64,000 nucleotides of DNA from Phoronis australis (Eukaryota > Animalia > Phoronida). Under the pieces are notes generated by a model. It was not told where the DNA came from and ran no database searches. It worked only from the letters and a program-made list of their open reading frames with translations. Position numbers and translations under genes: made by a program. The DNA lies in the NCBI GenBank assembly GCA_002633005.1, contig NMRA01000079.1, positions 305,798 to 369,797 of the forward strand. The letters are read 5' to 3'. Positions 36,501-51,100 of this stretch are shown in pieces (the stretch's first letter is position 1; each line of letters opens with the position of its first letter).

Positions 36501-38113
36501 TTTTCTCGAACATTTTGTTTCTCCGAGGCGAACCTTTTTGTCCACTTCGCCAAATGGGGGTGCACGCATGTGTGAATGCTTGTTTTGACGTGGAATGGTC
36601 TGAATTCAGATCAGACGTCATTTCTCTCTTCTGAAGATTGTTGGCGTTGTTGCGCATAATGTGATACTCCAGCAAACTAACCTCTGTGGTCGCTATGGTA
36701 ACTCGAAGCAGCATGTTGCAGGTTGAAACAGTTTCCGTAGTGGCTGTGCTGAACAGTGGTGAACACACTAAAATTGAGGAAACATTTGTGATACACACGG
36801 TTATTTCTAAGTCCTAATGGAGCACACCCAGAATACCTCTGGTATTTTCATGGCTTACGTAAACACATGTTCAGCGTTCCGAATGACCGGTAAAGGGATG
36901 TGATGTAAACTTGGTTACAGACATCAGTCATAATAACAATAACAGTGGTCTACTGTATGATGACAAAAACTTATCTAGCACTATCACCCTCTCCATCATC
37001 ATCGTCATCACCATCGCCATCATAGTGGCGGCCATAATCAACACGATTATTGTGCACGACATTTTATATCTCGAATATCATGGCAAAGTCGCAGTGTCAC
37101 GTAGCTACATCATTGGCAGCGCACCATAGGGGGCGGGGTGGGCTATATTCCCCCACTTTTGTCAATGCTACGCCGCACGTGGTCTATAGGCGGTGCACTG
37201 CAGGGGGCTAAGGGGGCTTTAGCCTCCCACTTTTTACAGTGCTGCGCCGCCCATGTACATGCACTGTGCATGTTCAAAAAACACAATACAACAACATTCC
37301 AACTTACCTTGCATTACACGATGCGCCGTTGATTTCACATTTAACAAGGACGTCATCGATTTTGTGACCGAACTGCTTGAGATCCGAAGATGACGGTCGA
37401 AATATTTTACGCCGCAGCTTGACGTCTGCTACAGCGTAGAGACTATTCCAGTCACCTCGTTCAATGGCGAAGATCTTTTCTAATTGATTTGATTTCAAAA
37501 TGGATTCTGTGTACTCTGATGGATAATTATTCAGCCATTGGCGAACAATGTCGTTACTATTTTTAATATCAATATTTTTTATCACAGCTGCAACTTGAAT
37601 GGCTGACACGTTGGAATAATAATCATCAACTGAAATCATATCCTTGTATTTTGAATTCTTCAAGACTGCGCTCAGGTTCATCAAATTACTTCTTTTGAAA
37701 ATATTTTCGTTGCAGATCGTGACAGAAGGAAAGTGCGTTTCCTTGTCCGTCTCAATAGAGGTACGAAAATAGCGCCTTGAAGACAAATATTCAGTCGTCA
37801 GTACGTAGATACAATAACTTAAAGCACCAAGTCCGCACAAAAACACAACACTCCAGAATACTTTGGCAATGGTGTATTTTGTCCTCGACGCAAACGGCAC
37901 TCCATGTCCGCTGGATAGTGAACATAGCGATTTCAGTTTTCGCACGGGATACACGGGTTTGAAATCCGGTAGCGTGAATGGACTGTTACCGATGTTCGTG
38001 CCCTCACGTGACGCGTGCATATAGTCGAGTCCTTGCATTAGTGTTGGTGTTGAGGTCACAAAATGTTCACGTTTCTTCGGTAATCGAAAACCACCAGCAT
38101 CGCCGTTTTCCAT
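30534..38113 (-). CDS. DEG/ENaC (ASIC/FaNaC-like) amiloride-sensitive channel family protein, ~771 aa; exons 38113-37308, 36767-36682, 35690-35530, 34989-34827, 34663-34591, 34046-33927, 32940-32868, 32600-32467, 31527-31293, 30998-30534
   Basis: All ten exons are GT-AG and in phase (2316 nt). Motifs: SSGHG, TM1 VFWSVVFL, FPSVTICNEN, YGNCFN, GVSLILD, GAKIFIH, Cys-rich thumb, WPS, QNLAYVEI, TM2 IGGASAFFVGISCISVIEF. Confidence 0.92.
32005..32158 (+). mobile_element. Dispersed repeat / MITE in DEG/ENaC intron (copy of 13075-13220)
   Basis: High similarity by eye to 13075-13220. Confidence 0.7.
37110..37255. mobile_element. Short GC-rich non-autonomous element
   Basis: Imperfect TIRs cattggcagcgca ... 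tgcgccgcccatg; internal duplicated ggggc...cccactttt. Confidence 0.45.
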
Positions 38114-41100
38114 GCTTTGCTATTCTCTTTTCTTCTACATTCTAAAATATAACATGGAAACCAAACGATTCATAACAAAGCAAAACGGTAAAGAACACAA
38201 GGGTTTCTAATCTCCAACATCCCCGGCGGGACGAGGAGATCGTAAAAGTGAGATTTAGAACATAAGAATTTACCTGATGAACAGAATATTACCTTGGTAA
38301 CCCAGATTGATGTTACAAAGCCACCACGATTCTCTCTTACATGTCACCGTATTCCGGGTTATTTGTATTGCGCAGAAAATGTTGAAATCGAACGAATTCG
38401 ACTGTGCTTCGTAAATTCTGCCTTGGATTCAAACCCTGCTTCCGTGTGAGTGGCGTGATAAATCTAAACGTTTTCATCAGAGAAATCTAAACCTTTTTGC
38501 GAATGTGAACATTACGTGTATTGGCATTACGCATAATTTTATTCACGAGCTCTCTAGAATAGTTCATTGCGGGTAAGGAGTTTATGATATTTGTCCGAGT
38601 TTTTGACAACTTTTGGCCGAGGTTTAACACGCAAGCGCACGCATCGCATTCATCAACTATGGCAAATGCACGTTCTTGCACGCTGGTACCTGAGGTAGAT
38701 GCAGACTACATATCTACCATGGGTACCAGGCTAGATCTTGAGCTGCTGAAACTTCAAGCAAGCTTTCAGTGCCATCGTAGTCTGTGGTGCCATAGTTTCC
38801 GAAAACAGTTTGAGTTCTTGTCAAATTTTCCTCTCCTGATAAGCGCAAAGGAGTTATTGAGGTTTGGCTTGATTTTTGCTTTTGACTATTTTTCTTTCAT
38901 GTTTGTGCCGCCGTAAGTTATGTATTACGTAAATGTATTTTTCATTTAAAAACAAGACTGAAATCAAAAACAAACATTGTCTATCTAGCATAAGTATCGC
39001 GTACAGTCGCTGATTTGAAAGTTGCAGACGACAACAAAATATATTGGAAGTTCCAAATGCATATTAAAAATTTTACTAACAATAGACCTTTTTATCAAAC
39101 ATTTACTCATGTTTCTATCCAATAAGAACTATACACGTAGCTTTAAAGTCGTCAGTTTGCTTTTGGCGAGTCAAGCGCTTACAAACTGTGAGAAACTTTG
39201 GTTAATTCCCCGTTGTTTCTGACGTGAGATTAGACAGGATATTAAAAAACGGCAGTATTGATTAAACAATAACATTACGATTTCCCTGAACCGTACCAGT
39301 GGCTTCGCTCCAGAGAATCCAGCGGTCGCAACACAGATGACTATCAAGCCGTTGAGAAGCGCAGAGGAAAAAACATCAGGAAACGCAAGACATCGATCAT
39401 GAATTTGTATTGCCATAACACTTAACAGTTATCCAAGTGTCCGTTTTCATAATCTGTCTTATTTTGAATGGAGTGTTGAATGTAATCGAGTGTTGAGAGA
39501 GCTAGTTCAAATTTCCGATTCTTTTACATTAGACACAGATGCCAAAACGAGCCCGGCAATAGTAGACACCACAAACACATCAATTGTTTGGGCTTATTTA
39601 CTTTTAAATAGCCTTCAACGCGAATTGTTCATTTTGTTTGCTAACTATTTAAGTTAAACCGTTCATGTTAAACACCGGTTTCCAATAAGCACCAGTGCCG
39701 CTCATTGTACGGGGCTTGGGAAGCGTTGGGATTGAAAAGGGGGGTCCCTGTCTTCACAGATCTGTTTCATGGAAAAACGACTTTATACTGAAAAAGAAAC
39801 CTAGTCATGTGCATTACAGCGTAGAAATAATTTATAGAACTCATTTCTGTACATGTATGTGTATATTTTCAAAGCTGCAACTCTCAGTTATGTGTATATT
39901 TTCAGACTGCGGCACTTTGTTTTTCAGAAGCTGTGGTGCGGAGCGTAAGACCAAATTTCTGAATTAAAGTCTAAGCCACTTTCACTAAACAGACCAGAGG
40001 ACTTCTGGAGAAGTGTAGAGATGTAACAGAAAGCACCACAGTCCCTCAGTTCTTGAAAACGTTTATGGTTCTGAATAGTGCAGGCACCTCCAGCAATTCT
40101 GATGCGGACCTGAGTAACTAGCGAATTGGTTTTGTCTAAATAAAGTTGCAATAACGATAACATGTCGTGGCAAAGTTGTCGTCGTGCTTTGGCAGAAAAT
40201 TTGATAGATAGTGTCATAATAAGTCGTAGGTGCTTTTTTCAGTTAGAGAATTGGTTTAGATATTCGATATTCGGTTAACTTATGAGCTTTGCGACGCCCC
40301 ATATACAACGCTATTTCACAGGTTAAATTCAAAATGAAATAACATAGTCTTGCTGCGTTGAAGTTTCCGGTCTCAGAAACTATGATTAAAGGCCATTTTG
40401 TTTGATAAACAGTTATGGAAAAATGGAAATCTAACTCTACTCAATAAAAAAACTTCCCAAAATAGCTCCACACAATAACAAACCGATGTCACTTTACAAA
40501 ATGTACTGAAGCACTTATATTTCCACTGACAGTCATGGACTGAAAGTAATCAGATAAACAAACGACAACACAACGGACGCTTTACCTGGGGGTTTGAGGA
40601 AGTTTTAATCGACAGAGCGAATACAGCATTTCTCCACCGCTCGACTCAGTAGTGTCAAACCAATGGACACAACATTAGCGGAGAATGAGGAAATACTTTT
40701 GACATCTCATGCACATCTTTGTTACATGTAGCTTCCTTGTATCGAGTCCGAAACCTGTTCATTGTGGACGTGAATTGATTGGCTGACAGAACTCTCAATT
40801 TTGTGCCAGTACTCTTAAATGTCAATTTTCAAATTTCCATCACTTGAAGTTTAACAAAGTTTGGAATTCTTACCAAAACAAACACCCACTGCTTCGTGTG
40901 ATTTCAGCACGTGAACCCAAACGACGGATGGTTACATAATAACCCAACACCTCAACTAGAAAATCCCCAAGGATATACAAGGCAATTTCTGCCAATTCTC
41001 GTACATGCGAACACAATTTTCTCCTACAAACCACTCTACCTCAATCAAATCAAGCACATTGAATGATAAATATCAAGGCTTAGCAAAATATGCTTACTAG

Positions 41101-44100
41101 ATGCGTTATTTCTGAGAGCCCCCGGCAACTGTCTCAAGCATTCACCAGTTCGTCAAACGACAGTAAGGCTCGGTTGTGAAACAAAAATAAACGAAAGGCT
41201 TAAAATCAATTCACGACGAGAGGAGGCCAGAATTTGACTTCACAAACACATACCTGGTAGTGTAGAATCGCTAGACGTGTGTGTCTCATAGGTATATCCT
41301 CAAACAGAACGTGGATTTCTTATTCGACTCACCTTTGCGTGATACCTTGTTTCCATCAATTTCTGATGCGCTACGAGTTGCGTGAGGTTTCGTTTTAGCG
41401 TGAAATCTCAGTTCTCAAATCAATACGCTGAATAGACTGTAGAGGCAATGTTGGCAAGTCTGATCTGCTCGACTATTGTCGTATTATATGGCTCCTCAGC
41501 GTTGGCCTGACTGGGAAATTTTGTCCCTTAAGAAAAACAAACCCTGCCCCCCACCGTAGTCGGCCTATATTCTGGTGTTCTTTGTATAACTCAGTTGCAC
41601 ACAACAAGCTAGTGTTTGGTTTGGTTAATATGCTCATACGCTCACCATTGTACTGGTAAGTGAGTGTTAAAAGCTATTGTCATAAAAATCACACGGACTA
41701 TTCAGGGACACGTGACGTCCAGTTGAACAACTATGATGATTATTGTTTTCATATTCAATATTTTCACGAACAAAAAGAATTTGGAAGGCGAACCGAAGAA
41801 TTGAGATGATTGAAAACAAATTAAGTAGTCGCTGTCTTCTAAAATTCTCGTAATGCAGTGAAGCGCCAACAGTTCACGCCGGGAGTGTGTACAATAATAT
41901 GCAGTGTTTATTTAATAGAAAATACGTTATTAGTAGCATTTTTTTCTGCCGAGTTTTGGTATAATTTCGTTGTCACAATATTAAAAACATCGAACACGAA
42001 ATAGTTCTGTTTTATTAGATACATTACATTACGAACATTTGTCAGGTATACATGTGTCACCACGAGGTCTTGGTGCAATCTTAGGACGACTTCAAGGATT
42101 CACTATTCATCGCAGACTTGATTGAGTCTCTTACTCATTTTGTGTGAGCCATTAATAAACGTGGTGCTTACGTCTTTTGCTGTTAGAACTACTTTTATTG
42201 AATTAGCGAAATGCTTGATCGGACATTTTGCGCACAGGAAATTCGACACGCATCCAGAGTAGGCGAGCTGCCAGAAGCTTCTTGGGACGGTCAGTCACGA
42301 AACTATTGCATGCTTACAGGTTTTGGAGGCTATGACCTTATCGACAAGTGTGTGATTTCTCTGAGCCAAATCTTCTACAGAACTATGAATTTTGACCAAA
42401 ATGTATTATATTTTTGAAAGACAAAAGCCTGTAAAATTTGATTTTTGCCTTTATACCAAATCTGACATTAATTAGGTACTGACGTGACCACTGATGCTGT
42501 TTTGGAAAAGAAAGGTGCATTCAGAGTTAAGTGAAAGGGTAATCAAGGCCGTGACTAAATTTCGTTGACCTGAAAATGTTTAAGATGAAATCTCAAAAAT
42601 GTTGTTATATGACTTATTTTGAGGTGGGAAAAGTAGAATGGAAAAGGAGACAGGTATAAATTTGAGTGGGATTTCGAGTAAGGGACTAGACTCCGGACCC
42701 CAGGGTGATGCACTGGGTGATGCGGACAGGGTGGAGTAAGAAATTCGTAGTTACGGTTACCCTATGAGGGGGGGGTGTGGTAATGACAGAAAATGACCGA
42801 GATCGAGTGGCAAATCTGTTCTGATATCGTCCCAATGTCAAAGCACTTGTTCTACTTCTATTTTAAGTGGATTTTAACCTGCCGTCCTTACCAAGAACCA
42901 ACATGGACCATTTAATGTTGTGAAATTGGTCTCCAATTGTTCGCATGACAACACAGGTATGACTCCTGGGCTTGAAGGTAACTGACAGTTTCTCAAGACC
43001 ACCATCAACAGTCACCGCCTGTCATTTTACTCACAGAGCATGACCTCAACAAATAAGGAGCTGTCAGGACAATTTTACAGCGCCAGTGATCTAAAAGTCA
43101 AAATTTTTCCACGGAGCTGAAGTGTAGAGCCACTTTGATACTATACTTAAAAGGATACTAAATCCTGTTTTGTAATTTCAACCAATCGTTCTGTCAATTA
43201 ATAATGCACCATACGCGTCCAGCTTGAGTGATAAAAGTAGGATTCAACTCAAAGATCATGCTTTCTTTGCCACAGAAAGGATATTGTGGTACTTGGTGGG
43301 TGGCCGTTCCCCACAGTTGCCGTACAATTCAAAAAAGCGTAGGTCACGCTTGCTCATTTAGCAGACTTTGAAAGGAGTTTCCAAGTTTCCCCGAAATGTT
43401 GAGGGTTGTCAGGGGGATACAGAGCATTATTTCGTTTCACAGAACTGGATGGGAAAGTCATTTTTGCTATCTGTTAATAGGCCAAAATCGGGTTTGGTAT
43501 CATTTAATTTAGGATGCTGAGAGTTCAAGGATTCGTGAAACCATTTTCGCCTTACGGCAAAACAACAAATGCCATTTCTGCATATTAAAACACATTTTAT
43601 TGCACAACAAACGATTTTAAGATAAAAAACTGGCCCCAAAGAAAACAAAGGTTCTTTACACGTCCACAACACACAGTCAAGACCCAAACTTACACCCAAA
43701 CTCTCGCACTTATTCACCTTGACCTCCCTGTTAATAATATTAGTATCACAAGGAAAACCTTTCTTGAGTGACTCGAAACCAGTGACAACGGATTCGAGAA
43801 CGGAAATCTAGAGCTTGAGTTGAAAGGTTGTAGTCAAGCTAAGATCATCATTTGTCATGCAGTAAAGAACAGTTCCACTGAAAACTGGCCAAAAGAGATC
43901 TAACATCTCAGGAGACAGCTCGTGGCATAAAATATCATAACATGAAAAGGTTTGACTTGATTACTACCTTGTTAGACATGCTAAAAAGATAAATTTCAAT
44001 GCTTCCAATACAATGCAGAGTTTAATAACATAATACTGAGTCTTAACTAAAAATAACTAAAACTTTTACAGGACATTGAAACATCATGAATCTGCATCCA

Positions 44101-45118
44101 GATTTGTACTTGAATCACTACCCAGTATCTAAAATGCTAAGCCAATACCTACCTAAACCCTGACGACCAACAAAACCATTTTTCCTTAGTTTTCAGTTTC
44201 AAACTAAAATGGTATGTCACTCCATAGACTACATCTAAAAAGTGGTAAATCACATGTACAGTTTCTGTCTGGTCTCTTAATTAAAGTTCCAAACCATCAA
44301 CTGTTAAGCCCCACCTGTAGTTTCATCATGGAACCAACCTACTTCTATCAGACTAACCGTCATACTGCTTTCGACATGTAAAACAACTGCTTTGAATTAA
44401 ACTCACTCCCGGTAAGTTCAGGGCCTGGGGTCTAATGCCTACATACAGAATTCAAATAAAAAATTGACCAATTGCATGGCACACTTCGAGTAAACTTAAA
44501 AATTTATACTCGAATCTTGCAGCATGATTGACTAAATTTGAGCCTGAGTTTGGAGATTAGTTTTAATTTGAAGGTTAGTGTTTAAGAGGCAACAAAAATC
44601 TCTAAAGGCAGCGCAATGGAACTTAAATCAGAAGACTGTATGCCAGATATACCACTAAAACAAAGTCACTTATCACATATATTTAGTATTTTGGTAGCAG
44701 TCGGTAGGGCCCGCATTTTGAGAAAAAGTTTTGTGCACTTACTAACAGCCATCAAGCTGGTTCTCAAAATCCAAGACACCTGTAAGTGATCGGTCCTTCT
44801 ATTGTAACACAAAGTTGCCAGTCTATTTTCAGTGTCAAAAGGCAAATGATCTAACAAAATTACAGTTTGGCCATAAACAAAAGCAACAGAAAGTTGAAGA
44901 TGAGAGCAAAGTGGATTTACATTATGAATTAAAACACATAAAATTTCCAATAAATTCCAAACTTAATATTCGGGTTCACTTCCAAGAGCTCAGAATCGTT
45001 TTTGTGCAGGGAGTCACACTTCGGACTGTGCTTGAAGACGACACAAGGAAAATATCAAAATGTTGTTCATTCATAATCCAAATTACAGTTGCCCACATTA
45101 TCTTCGAACAGTCAAAAT

Positions 45119-48100
45119 TCACACATGCATAGTGGCTGAAGTCTTAAGAAGTGAGACACTGCTACAATGTACAGGGTTGTTGGCAAACACCTTGACGGGT
45201 AAGTCCCAGTCCATGGTTTCCACAGCGAGGTCAGGCTGACCCATCCAAGAGGTGCTCTCTGAGGGGTCAGCGGGGACCTCCATCTGGGTGAGGGGTGACA
45301 CTGATGTGATGAATTCAAAGTGGAGTCGATACTTCAGTGAAACTGTAAAGAAATTGACACGTAGAAATGAAATCCTGGTCTTAGGTAAAATTCCGCGCCA
45401 TAAGTCAATTAAATCTGCAAAATAGAAGAATAGTTTCAAATATCCCGAGTGATATTAGGTCTCTGTAACATGCAGAAACATAAAGAAAACAATGGGTCGA
45501 GCAATGGATTCCTGGTGCCCGAAATACTGGAAGGAAGATGAAACACTAGAATGCTGTTGTCGGTCGATGTTTCACTTGTCAAAGCATTATTTAGAAAAGA
45601 ATGCCTTGAAAGCGGTTTCAGTGAAACTATCGAAGCTAATAAAACATTACAGCACTTGCAAAATTCCTCAAGCAGGCTGATAGACTGGCAGAGTATGAGA
45701 ACTACTCATGGACAAGCATTCTTAACAAGCGAAAGGTGGGAAATCCCTCATTCATCAACAAAGACCTGGCGGACCAGGTCGAAACGTCTGCTAACAACCA
45801 ACCACGTCTCTAAGTAAGTGACTTTTTACATCTACAATGCCTCTAGAGACCAATGATAAACCTATTCTCCAGAACTAAAATTAAATCACAGCGTCTGTAG
45901 CAATAGACCTGTACAAGGCCTAAGTAATGTGTCCGCCTTTCTGTTTTGCATACTTTATTTCACAAAATTCCGACATCACTGTCCGAGTATAATTGTCATT
46001 ATTATCATTATTTAACTATCACACACAAGAGAATGACAACAGCTACTTTACAGAATGAATTAGTCAAGAAGGTGTCGCAAAAATCACCTCGTGAGAAATT
46101 CTACAATCTGACCACGTAAAAGTTCACTTTATAAATTATTTTCTAACCCAGAATAGAAATCATAAGTTCGACAGGCTTTTGTATATGCAATTTGACCGTT
46201 TAAATGCAGAAAATCGTGTCATAAACTGTTCCCGCACATATTTTATGACATAACTGGGGTAAAATCAGGATTACAATGTTACTCCACAGCTCCTTCAAGA
46301 ACGTACTATTAATAATTGAACTGGGAAAATCAAACCTTGTAGGATGGTCAGACAATTTTCTCCTACCAAGTTCCTTAGGTATTTTTTCTCCTGAATTCAA
46401 TCCACAGTTTTGATAATAAACGTCAGACTACGCAAGTCTTGCAAAATCCTTAATATTCTATATTGCATGCTATAAACACATTGAATGAGTGAGCTTCGGC
46501 TAACGCTACTTAAAAATAAACACAATATGTTGGATAAATGAAATTTCATTTTTGTTTAATTTCTCAACAAAAATAAGTTTTCAAGTAATTTCAATAAAAG
46601 TAATGTAATTTTTTGACAAAATTGTAAAATTGCTATCACAATTCACCAAAAACATAATAGCATCACCACTGTGTACCTACCTATGTCTGTGACAAAAGAT
46701 GGCGTTGCTGTGAGTGGAATCGGTATACTGATGTGTGTACGTCTGGTGTGAAGACAGAACTCATGATGCTTTCCACAGGTGCCTTCAGAGGGTGCCTGAT
46801 CGTCTTTAGCCCGGAACTCCGTGGCAATCTGCTCATCGCAGAGAAGTGACACAGAAAACTGTAAGAGCACAACAGAAATGAATTTTGAAGTTTGCGTCCA
46901 GCTTAAAAACTTCAGGTGTCACAGGTAAGCAGAATTTGTTGAAGGTTTAGCCAAGTAATAATGAGCACGTCACAGTCTAAAAATAGTTTATGGAAATTAT
47001 CTCAATAACTGGCAGATATGTATACTTTTGCTCAAGTGAGATTTAATTATTAGTCACTTTTCATGACACAAACCCCAGGTCACCAGGCAGGCGAAGTAGT
47101 AAACTGTTGAATTGATTGGGATGGGGAAGTAGGTAGTCTACCTTAGTATTTTGACTCCAATAGAGTTTTTCATTTCCTGGTACTCCCATGGGCCAGTGCT
47201 TATGTACTGCCTGAATTATAATTTTCAAAGTTCATGGACATGCCGCAAAAGTATTATTTGGAAAAGCCTCCCCAAGATTTGCTTGTCATGAGTTCAACAC
47301 TCACTCTGGCATCTGGATGACAAAGCGGTGCCAGGGCTCCTGGAGATATTTTTAACTTGGGACAGTTGAGAGTTCCGAGTTCGTCTCTTACACTTGTTGA
47401 CACATTTTGGGCATCGATACGTACTTCTCTTCATTTAGTTTTAACAATGAAGAGACAGGGGTGACGATGAGGGGGGGGGGGGNAGAGAGAGGGAGGAACG
47501 GGGAGAGAGAGGGGCACACCTGAAGTTTTCACAAGTTTGACATTGAGAACTATGAAGAATACAAGTGACAAAATAGCAAAAACACCAAATCTGTCACAAA
47601 GGGTGCAACAGGATTCGGCTTGGCCCAAAAATTTATGAGTAGCATCGTCTTTTTGATAGGAAGAAACATACCATACAGATTTCAGTTAGACTCAGCTCTA
47701 GTGACTGAGTAGAGATAGAGGAAAATGCAAAAATCTAAAATTGTAACACAGAGAAACAGTGCTAGTTGGATCCATCCAAAAATCGTCATTTGTCACCAGT
47801 TTCATAACAAAACTGATGCCGAATTTATGATGATTGCGCAAGGGGTTTAGGAAATATAGCAACGGACGCTGGACATCCAGACAAAGATAACAGCCATGGG
47901 CATCTACATGTATATGTGGGTGCATAACAATCACCTGAACACATGGTACTGTAGCCTCAGTGAAGTCAAATATGCCAATAATTTCTTCTCCAATCTTGAA
48001 GGCCTGTTTTAGTAGACTAAAGCGTACAACTTTTCCCTTCGTATTGCTTATGTTGTAATTTTCTGAAATCACACAATAGGTAAGTATACTTGCTATGCAG

Positions 48101-51100
48101 GAGTGACACCTCACAACAAATTGTTGAGTTATCATTCCAGGATTTGTAGCTATACACATCGTGCACAATAGATAATCAACAGATGCACTATGGGAGAAAT
48201 ACAATACAACGCACATGTATTCAAACAAAACAACTTGGAATTCCCTTCATTACTGTTGGGTGGAAGCCGAGTTCATCATCAAGAGTTGTCTCCCCTGATG
48301 ACAGAGAATGAAGGGGAGTTAACAAATAAGTTAGTAGGGTGACCAGTTCATTCTGCACAATTATGTAGCCACCGTGGTTATTACCTATTCATTTTTGCTG
48401 TTAATGGAATTAGTGGTCATGACGAGGAAATGATAATTTGTATGATTATTTTTGTCTTGTACTCGTTTCTTCAATTTAAGACTGAACATGGTGGAACAGA
48501 GAAGTTTTACTTTATCAAAATTTTCAATAAAATAACCAGTGGAGAAGTTTTACTTCATCATTTACCATAACAATTGAACACTTGTCATCAACAAACACAT
48601 GATGAAATTTGAGAATTTTTAATAATGCAGTGAACTTTTGAGAAATGGAAGAAAGGATAAGTTTGGCAATCAATTTTGTTCACTGAACAGTGACTTCAGA
48701 TTGATTTGTGCGTCAAGCAACACACCTGGACGAAAAATAATGTCCCAAATCAAAGTTACGCACAAAGCCTTGAATGATAACCCAACAACTTACAGATATA
48801 CCCAATCACATTATATACTAGGCATGAAAATCGAAGACAGGTCAAATTGCAAACATACGCCAAGGCAATTAGCATATATTTTTTTAAAGTTTGGTTGTGC
48901 ACTCAAAATCATTTCACCAATCACCACACTAGGAACCATGAATTGGACTCAATGACTACGGTAATTCTCCAAATATTCAGCACACAATATGGTGGACTCG
49001 GATTGAAATTTTATTTTGTTTTGTTAAATTTGTTAACAAACATAAGTATTATGAAAATTTTACTCCAGAATCACTATGTTTTGTTTGAACAATAGAAAAT
49101 CGACCATTTTCACAACATGTTTCTGTGAGAATTTAGAGAATTACAGCACACTTCCCTACCAATACTAACAGGCATTAATTCACTCACTGGGTCCCTTTCG
49201 TGCAGTCACCGTGGCCAACACTTGCATTGCCACATCCAACAGTGAGTTCTCCTTCCTCTGATGTTCCAAGAAAGGGTTACTTGGCGCCAGGTCGTCCTCA
49301 CTCGTGTAGACACTGATGTCATTCAACCCTGAAGGACACAACGCTTTACAGGCTAGGTATCCTTCAACAATACTTTAGTCACAGTTCGATATCAATCTTC
49401 TGGAGATAGTAAATAATTTTTTTGAAATGAGCAATTATTATGTTAGCCCAGAAAGCATTGAATCTGGGCACTCAAAGTACTAAGGGGGATACAAGTGAAA
49501 TTAAAATTGTGTTATTACTATTAAAATGTAAAATACTTGCCAGTTATTTTAGAGTAAAACTAGCTTAAATGGGAAAAGTCGCATCTTCATTAAACTCGGA
49601 CAAAGTTCTGCGTCCCAGCTGTTCAAGTTCAAACACTTGGCTCTCTAAATTGATCAAATTTTAATAACATCTCTCACTCCAGTTGGGTTCATTTAATGCA
49701 GATTTTACTGTTTTTCAAGGCAAGCTTCAGTTCATTTACCGAGCTAGTTAAAAAGACTTCATAAAATTTCAAAATGTTGAATTTTTTATGACCTTACAAC
49801 AAAATATTTATACAAATTTTGAAATCCTAATACAATGATTTCGGCTAATGGCGATAGCCCAGATGCAAGCATAATTGAACATTGGCATACCATAGACGAC
49901 TAAGACCCTGAATGGAACTCTGAATAATTTCGTAGGGCAGTTGAACCTTTGAGCACCAATAGTGAGCTTGTATGAGTACTTCACAGACTGTCCTCTATAA
50001 GAGGGCGGCGCATCCTTCGGCAGGCACTCTCTGTATGTAACTGCAATGTGGTTCACAAAAGGTCAATTGGGCACACTGTTCACACAAGTGAGTACTGGAT
50101 TCTCCAGGGACATAATCAATCAGCATAAGTGTACCACGTGATAAAACAAGAAATTTGGGCCTATACAAGGGAAATAGTACTCTAGGTGAGAATTACCATT
50201 TTCTCTCAGATTTCAACATGAAGTGAATAGCTTGTGCATAAAAAAGATTTATCACATTACAAAACCATAATAACCTTTAGTGTCAAAGGAACAATTCGAT
50301 CCAATGCCAAACACTTGACATGCAGTTCTTTATTGTTATGAAAGCACAATAGTAACTATCGCTTGACCCAATTTCAAATTCTGTTGCGCAGCAGGAGGAG
50401 AGCCGACACGGACAAAAAGCAATTTCGCTAATTCAGACATTTTGAGACATGGGCACTTTTAATATTCCATGGCATGATAGTGGTAATTTGATGGCATTAC
50501 TGTTGCAAAGAATTTTAAGAAAATGGGAAACACCGCTATATTAAATCCCCAAGGAAGAACGCTGGACACTGTTCGCCAACTCGTCAACGTACAGCAACGA
50601 AGCGTACACCACTATGTCGCTGTTATATCTAAAATGGCTGTCTTTGTAATTTTTACTCCATACACAGAACAAATAAAATCTAAACTACCATTATAATTAT
50701 TAAAAACAACATCAACGTTTGATGTTATTTCTTGATCATTTTAGTTAATGGTAAACCACATTTGATCAACGTATCTTAAAAAACATGCTGAAAGAAAACC
50801 TCTGCAATGGGTTTATAGTGGAAAGACTGCCAACTGGATGTTTTTTGACTGGACATGCATCATTTGTCAGGGTAAATTCATGTATTACAGATACAGCAAG
50901 ACTTCACATATTCAACCTATCGATATTTACTTACAGGATCGAGATTCGCCAGGACCTAACTTGAGATCGCAGAATAAAATCTTGGGGGTCGTTGACAAAA
51001 CCGTCAAACCTCTTTCACCTGAAATTCTCTGAATTTTAAGTTGGACTGGTCACGTCAATACCTCAAGAGACGGAGGAACCCAAATAAAATTCTATGGTAA

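Noticed and set aside
47470-47514. G/purine-rich tract with an N in an RGP1 intron
   Set aside because: Low-complexity, low-quality sequence with no functional evidence.
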